Part shown: one piece after another, positions 8,044-12,865 of the stretch
Position numbering within the stretch: position 1 is the first letter of the stretch
Layout: the number at the start of each line of letters is the position of its first letter
Origin: Promethearchaeota archaeon
Lineage (GTDB): Archaea; Asgardarchaeota; Lokiarchaeia; Sigyniarchaeales; SOKP01
NCBI GenBank assembly: GCA_016930515.1
Contig: JAFGGO010000018.1
Location: 1 to 12,865 of the forward strand
DNA length: 12,865 bases
Direction: 5' to 3'
The notes under the pieces: generated by a model
The model's database searches: none
Told to the model about the DNA's origin: nothing
Seen by the model: only the letters and a program-made list of their open reading frames with translations
Program-made: the position numbers and the translations under genes

Positions 8044-8107
8044 GAAAGTAAACACGTTAAATCAAAAAAGATAAGGAAAAGAAAAAAAAGGAAAAAAACT
8101 GAGTAAC

Positions 8108-9742
8108 ATGACCATAAGCCAAGAAAATAAATCAAGAGATTCGATAATTCTCCAAAAAAACTCACAAAGAAGAAATTTATCGAATATCGAAATTAAAGAA
8201 TTATATACTCCCGAAGACATTAAAGATTTCGATTATAATAGAGATTTGGGTGCCCCAGGAGAGTTTCCTTTTACTAGGGGCGTATATCCTTCAATGTATC
8301 GTGGAAGACTTTGGACAATGCGTCAATTTGCAGGGTTGGGAACAGCGGAACAAACTAACGAGAGATATAAGTTTTTAATTGAACATGGACAAACGGGATT
8401 GAGCGTGGCTTTCAGCTTACATACGATATATGGTTACGAAGCTGAAGATCCTCATTCTCTAGGCGAAATAGGAAAAGAAGGTGTCGCTATTGACACGCTA
8501 AAGGATATGGAAATTTTATTCGATGGAATAGACCTGTCAAAAATTAGCACGAGCATGACCATAAACGCTCCTGCAGCGATCCTTTTAGCGATGTATATTG
8601 TAGTAGCAGAAAAGCAAGGGCATTCTCCAGATCAAATACGTGGAACTATTCAGAATGATATTCTTAAGGAATATATTGCTCAAAAATCGTGGATATTCCC
8701 TCCTGAACCCTCTATGCGCTTAATTATTGATACTATAGAATATTGCACGAAATTCGTTCCTCAATGGTATACGATAAGTATTAGTGGATACCACATTAGA
8801 GAAGCAGGATCGACGGCCGTACAAGAACTTGCCTTTACTCTTGCTGATGGGTTTGCTTACATCGAGGAAGCAATGAAAAGAGGTTTGGATGTTGACGATT
8901 TTGCTCCAAGATTATCCTTCTTTTTCAATTCACATAATAATTTTTTCGAAGAAATATGCAAATATAGGGCTGCTCGGCGTATTTGGGCAAAAAGATTGAA
9001 AAATCAATATGGTGCTACTAAGCCTGAATCAATGAGGATGAGATTCCATACCCAAACCGCAGGTGTTTCCTTGACTGCTCAAGAACCAGAAAATAATATA
9101 ATAAGAGTTGCCTTGCAAGGAATGGCTGCCGTATTGGGAGGAACGCAATCCTTACATACGAATTCATTCGACGAAGCGCTCTGTCTGCCTACCGAAAAAG
9201 CCGCTAAAATTGCGTTAAGAACCCAACAGATCATTGCTCACGAGACGGGTGTTACTGATACAATCGATCCTTTAGCGGGGTCCTATTATGTTGAATGGTT
9301 GACAAAAAAAATGGAAGAAGAAGCCGAAAAATATTTTGAAAAAATCGAAGCTTTAGGAGGAGTTATTCCAGCGATTCGAGAGAATTTCTTTCAAAAAGAA
9401 ATCGCTAACGCGTCCTATCAGTTCCAACAGGAAGTGGAAAATAAAGATTATACTATCGTAGGAGTTAACCAATTCCAACAAAAAGAGACTTGCAAGACAG
9501 AAATTCTAAAAATCGATGAGGATGTGGCAAAAATCCAAATACAAAAAGTAAAAGAAATTAAAAAAGTCCGAGATAACGATAAAATGGCACAAAAACTGAA
9601 CGCCTTGAAAAAAGCAGCGGAGAGTACTGAAAATTTAATGCCTTATATCATTGATGCAGTAAGCGAATATGCATCGGTGGGAGAAATAATAGCCACGCTA
9701 AAAGAAGTGTTTGGCATTTACAAGGAGGATTCGATCTTTTAA
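8108..9742 (+). CDS. B12-dependent acyl-CoA mutase, large (TIM-barrel) subunit; isobutyryl-CoA-mutase-type specificity residues
   Basis: PGEFPFTRG.YP.MY, WTMRQFAG, GQTGLSVAF, STSMTINA, GTIQNDILKE, ISISGYH, HTQT, GGTQSLHTN, ALRTQQII, DPLAGSYY. F74 and Q192 occupy the positions of MCM Tyr89 and Arg207. There is no fused B12 domain. Confidence 0.95.
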   Translation: MTISQENKSRDSIILQKNSQRRNLSNIEIKELYTPEDIKDFDYNRDLGAPGEFPFTRGVYPSMYRGRLWTMRQFAGLGTAEQTNERYKFLIEHGQTGLSVAFSLHTIYGYEAEDPHSLGEIGKEGVAIDTLKDMEILFDGIDLSKISTSMTINAPAAILLAMYIVVAEKQGHSPDQIRGTIQNDILKEYIAQKSWIFPPEPSMRLIIDTIEYCTKFVPQWYTISISGYHIREAGSTAVQELAFTLADGFAYIEEAMKRGLDVDDFAPRLSFFFNSHNNFFEEICKYRAARRIWAKRLKNQYGATKPESMRMRFHTQTAGVSLTAQEPENNIIRVALQGMAAVLGGTQSLHTNSFDEALCLPTEKAAKIALRTQQIIAHETGVTDTIDPLAGSYYVEWLTKKMEEEAEKYFEKIEALGGVIPAIRENFFQKEIANASYQFQQEVENKDYTIVGVNQFQQKETCKTEILKIDEDVAKIQIQKVKEIKKVRDNDKMAQKLNALKKAAESTENLMPYIIDAVSEYASVGEIIATLKEVFGIYKEDSIF

Positions 9743-9746
9743 GCAT

Positions 9747-9752
9747 AGGAGG
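9747..9752 (+). promoter_or_regulatory. Shine-Dalgarno site for the small subunit gene
   Basis: AGGAGG 8 nt upstream of the ATG at 9761. Confidence 0.65.
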
Positions 9753-9760
9753 AATTTAAC

Positions 9761-10162
9761 ATGACAGAACAAAGAATAATAAAAGTATTGGTTTGCAAGC
9801 CAGGATTGGATGGTCATGATAGGGGAGCAAAAGTAATTGCACGAGCACTTCGAGACGCGGGTATGGAAGTTATTTACACTGGATTGCATCAAACACCTGA
9901 TGACATAGTTAATACGGTAATTCAAGAAGATCCTGACGCAGTAATGTTAAGTCTTTTAAGCGGTTCTCACAATGCTCTCTGTCCCGTCATTATGGAAAAA
10001 TTAAAAGCTCAAGGCATCGATGATGTGCTAGTATCCGTAGGAGGCATCATTCCGGAAGAAGACAAGATATCATTAGAAGAATTGGGCTTCAAGGGTTTTC
10101 ACGGACCAGGAACAGAATTAAAAGAAATTGTTGAGTTTGTAAAAAAAAATTTAAAGAGATAG
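9761..10162 (+). CDS. Acyl-CoA mutase small, cobalamin-binding subunit (IcmB / MCM C-terminal domain family)
   Basis: KPGLDGHDRGAKVIARALRDAGMEVIYTG (DxHxxG base-off/His-on motif), SLLSGSH, VGGIIP, GPGT. Confidence 0.96.
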   Translation: MTEQRIIKVLVCKPGLDGHDRGAKVIARALRDAGMEVIYTGLHQTPDDIVNTVIQEDPDAVMLSLLSGSHNALCPVIMEKLKAQGIDDVLVSVGGIIPEEDKISLEELGFKGFHGPGTELKEIVEFVKKNLKR

Positions 10163-10168
10163 AACAAA

Positions 10169-11170
10169 ATGGATACCACCACTCTAATAACGCTTCTTAA
10201 AGAAGGAAACACGCGCGCAGCTGCCCGTTTGATAACGATTGTTGAGAATAATATCAAGGATTCAGAGATGATCATTAAATCCATTTACAAAGATACGGGA
10301 AAAGCTTATATTTTAGGAATTACGGGTGCTCCAGGGGCGGGAAAAAGTACTTTTATCTCAACTTTAACCAAAAAATTTGTTAATCAGGGTAAAAAAGTAG
10401 GGATTATATGCGTTGATCCCACCTCTCCGTTGACGGGAGGCGCGTTATTGGGAGATAGGATACGAATGAAAGATAATTTCTCCCTTGAAAATGTATTCAT
10501 TCGAAGCATGGCAAACAGGGGTCAATTAGGTGGATTAGCTCGAGCAACCGAAGATGTGATAAAAATCCTTGATGTCTACGGGTGTGATATCATTATTGTT
10601 GAAACTGTAGGAGTTGGGCAATCTGAAATCGATATTTTTCGGTCAGCACATACCGTTATTGTTTTATTAGTACCAGGAACGGGTGACGATATCCAAGCTA
10701 TTAAGGCAGGATTAATGGAAATTACGGATATATTTGCTGTCAATAAGATGGATCTACCTGGTGCGGATCGTAAGGTAGCGGATATAATCCAAATGCTTGA
10801 ATTAAATACTAATTTTCGCTATGAATCAGACAATCCGAATGCCCGGAACTTTAAATTGCAAGAGTGGGTTCCAGAAATTATAAAGGTTAATTCTATTACT
10901 GGAAAAAACTTTGTTGAACTTTCTAATATAATCCAGAAACACGAGCATTTTCTCAGAAAAAATGGTGTTTTCCATAGTTACATGATAAATAGGATAAAAG
11001 CGGAAACGATGCAAATACTCAAACACAAAATTGTGAAAAAAATAGAAGGGCTTCTCAATTCAAACAAATTTATCGAAGACCACGAATCACAAGTTTTAGA
11101 TAAATCCTTGGATCCCTATTCAATGGCAGATCTCATCATTAAGATGGTAGGGTTGGATCAAAAAAAATAA
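10169..11170 (+). CDS. meaB: Mutase-associated G-protein chaperone MeaB (MMAA/ArgK family)
   Basis: GITGAPGAGKST, VDPTSP..GGALLGDRIRM, FIRS...RG.LGGL, VETVGVGQSE, GDDIQAIKAG, NKMD. Confidence 0.96.
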   Translation: MDTTTLITLLKEGNTRAAARLITIVENNIKDSEMIIKSIYKDTGKAYILGITGAPGAGKSTFISTLTKKFVNQGKKVGIICVDPTSPLTGGALLGDRIRMKDNFSLENVFIRSMANRGQLGGLARATEDVIKILDVYGCDIIIVETVGVGQSEIDIFRSAHTVIVLLVPGTGDDIQAIKAGLMEITDIFAVNKMDLPGADRKVADIIQMLELNTNFRYESDNPNARNFKLQEWVPEIIKVNSITGKNFVELSNIIQKHEHFLRKNGVFHSYMINRIKAETMQILKHKIVKKIEGLLNSNKFIEDHESQVLDKSLDPYSMADLIIKMVGLDQKK

Positions 11171-11259
11171 TACATTTTCTTATTTTTTTATTACTCTTTT
11201 AATGTATTATATTATTATTCAAATTATGAGAATCAAATTAATACGAAAAGATTAATTTA

Positions 11260-12030
11260 ATGAGACTAATTGTCATAGGTGGAGGAAAATTTGGAAAAAA
11301 GGCTTTAGAATTTGGAAGAAAGAAAAATGCTCAATCGATTCTAATAGACATTGATCCTAGCTGTATCGCTAGTAAAATGATTAATAGGCAATTTATCTCT
11401 CAAGAAGAACTTCTTTCGAGCCTTAATGAGATTAATCCAGGAGAAATATATTTCTTAATTCACGAAAAACCAAATTTAGAAAAATTATTATACGCTTTTC
11501 ATCCAGAATACATTATTCCAGTAATCCCTATTCACTTGATTGCTTCCATGATTGTTAGAAAATTGGATTTATATGGAATCAATTTGTTTTTCGATGATAA
11601 ATCCTCGCAAAGATTTGTAAGTAAAGCAAATCAAAATTTGATCTTGAATAGCGATTTTAAAAATGGTGTTGTGCTCTTATCATACGCAAAAAATGGAGAA
11701 ATTTGTCCTGATGATTGTGCCGGGCCTTTACATTATTGTCCTAATTTCAAGCGCGAAAAACCCATTACCATCACGCAACACATAAAAGAGATAATATTAG
11801 ATTTTAAAGACAATGAGCGCGAAAATAAAAATTCTTATTTCTTTCCCTTTATCGTTGAGAGCCAGCAGCTTAGATCCGGATTAGGTGGAATAAAGGGAAC
11901 TGATCTTAAATGCTTATTTGATGAAATTGATATGAACCTTGAAAAAATAAAATACAATAAATGCGAAATTATCGTTGCAACTACATGTAATTGCCACGGA
12001 ATAATAAATTTCTTTTATAAAAAGAATTAA
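11260..12030 (+). CDS. Uncharacterised NAD(P)-binding (Rossmann N-terminus) protein with Cys/His clusters
   Basis: LIVIGGGKFG...LIDID dinucleotide-binding fingerprint; CPDDC-x4-HYC and ATTCNCHG. Confidence 0.75.
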   Translation: MRLIVIGGGKFGKKALEFGRKKNAQSILIDIDPSCIASKMINRQFISQEELLSSLNEINPGEIYFLIHEKPNLEKLLYAFHPEYIIPVIPIHLIASMIVRKLDLYGINLFFDDKSSQRFVSKANQNLILNSDFKNGVVLLSYAKNGEICPDDCAGPLHYCPNFKREKPITITQHIKEIILDFKDNERENKNSYFFPFIVESQQLRSGLGGIKGTDLKCLFDEIDMNLEKIKYNKCEIIVATTCNCHGIINFFYKKN

Positions 12031-12053
12031 AATAGGAAAAGATTCTTTATATT

Positions 12054-12497
12054 TTACGATTCAAACAATTTTATCCGAAGATCGTATTGCTTGGGGCTGT
12101 TTGGACAATTTAATTCGCAGCAGGTTGGAAGGTACGAATATACTTCAAATTTTCCAATAGGAACTAGTAAATACATTAACGAGTGAATTAAAGAGCAAGT
12201 ACTATTAATTTCTTCTAATGGGCCATCACAAAGAGTGTTTTTGTGTATTTCTTTGTCGACAAATAAACATACACCCTCGTTGGGATCAAATCCAAATAAA
12301 TATTGAAATTGAGGGATAATAGGATATTTGTTCGTTTCTACCTTTCGTTCGTATTTTATATGTATTTTATTGAAAGATAGGGTGAATTTAAGAGCCTTAT
12401 ATGAATCATTCGATAAATCTTGATCTGTTATCTCGTGGATCGTGAAATCTTGTGATACTGCTTTATCAATCAAATGAATTAGTTTATTTTCTAACAT
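12054..12497 (-). CDS. Hypothetical protein
   Basis: 147-aa ATG-started ORF filling the space between neighbours; C-terminal PTCCELNCP. No family recognised. Confidence 0.65.
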   Translation of the reverse strand: MLENKLIHLIDKAVSQDFTIHEITDQDLSNDSYKALKFTLSFNKIHIKYERKVETNKYPIIPQFQYLFGFDPNEGVCLFVDKEIHKNTLCDGPLEEINSTCSLIHSLMYLLVPIGKFEVYSYLPTCCELNCPNSPKQYDLRIKLFES

Positions 12498-12598
12498 GGG
12501 TTCTAATTTATAATTCTCAAGTCAATTATTTAATTTTTATCACATTAAAAAGATGGTTTGACAAAAAAATTACCCTTCTCATATAATTGAGCCCAAAA

Positions 12599-12853
12599 TT
12601 ATTTGATTTTATTGGGATCAATCCATTCACAATAAATCTCAGTTATATTTAAAGTTCCTATTTTCGAACATTTTGAACATTTTTCATCGTAAAGGTTTTT
12701 AAATGTATAATCTCCAGGAGTAAATAGGCGCTCGTATTTAGCCCTGCAAGAATTACATTTGAGAACCGTTGTAACACGCTCAACGAGTTTTTTTTTCCGT
12801 TCTAATACTTCTCCAATATCTGGTAATGGAGGAAATTGCGGCTCTTCGCTCAT
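12599..12853 (-). CDS. Small archaeal Zn-ribbon protein
   Basis: TVLKCNSC...RLFTPGDYTFK....CSKC...ITEIY: two CxxC pairs flanking an RxFxxGDY motif recalled from small archaeal Zn-ribbon hypotheticals. Confidence 0.75.
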   Translation of the reverse strand: MSEEPQFPPLPDIGEVLERKKKLVERVTTVLKCNSCRAKYERLFTPGDYTFKNLYDEKCSKCSKIGTLNITEIYCEWIDPNKIK

Positions 12854-12865
12854 AAAATTTCTCGA

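Noticed and set aside
7846-8055. 69-aa minus-strand ORF
   Set aside because: Antisense to the leader; its Asn runs are the reverse complement of the TTA tracts, and the G-U pairing favours the + strand.
7860-8107. Cobalamin riboswitch or T-box upstream of the B12 enzyme
   Set aside because: No recognisable B12-box or multi-way junction. GGTGGTA (8036-8042) only partly resembles the T-box GGTGGNACC and lacks stem I and a terminator. An Rfam scan would settle this.
3528-11026. Other overlapping antisense ORFs (3528-3716, 4888-5142, 5412-5699, 5927-6118, 9698-9925, 10099-10284, 10826-11026)
   Set aside because: Each overlaps a better-supported gene on the opposite strand and shows no recognisable motif.

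Overview
AT-rich archaeal window, most likely Asgard (Lokiarchaeia/Promethearchaeota), inferred from the protein families present. Left: a >=1115-aa minus-strand cell-surface protein missing from the ORF track because it runs off the window edge (signal peptide, 8 beta-propeller-type repeats, five 288-bp/96-aa Ig-like repeats, an FN3-like domain and a Loki-CTERM-like anchor). It is divergent from a single-pass membrane protein with a cytoplasmic RING-like Zn finger. Middle: a small wHTH-like protein, a flavodoxin/HemG-like protein, an MSMEG_0568-like radical SAM enzyme and a CobA/BtuR adenosyltransferase. Right: a split B12-dependent acyl-CoA mutase (large subunit, cobalamin-binding subunit, MeaB GTPase) with isobutyryl-CoA-mutase-type active-site residues, a Cys-rich NAD-binding protein and two small hypotheticals. 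Main finding: an unannotated Leu/Val-rich leader peptide ORF (7871-7996; 11 Leu and 5 Val in its last 18 codons) overlapping mutually exclusive RNA hairpins directly upstream of the mutase operon. This is a candidate ribosome-dependent, branched-chain-amino-acid-sensing attenuator in an archaeon, controlling a catabolic operon.
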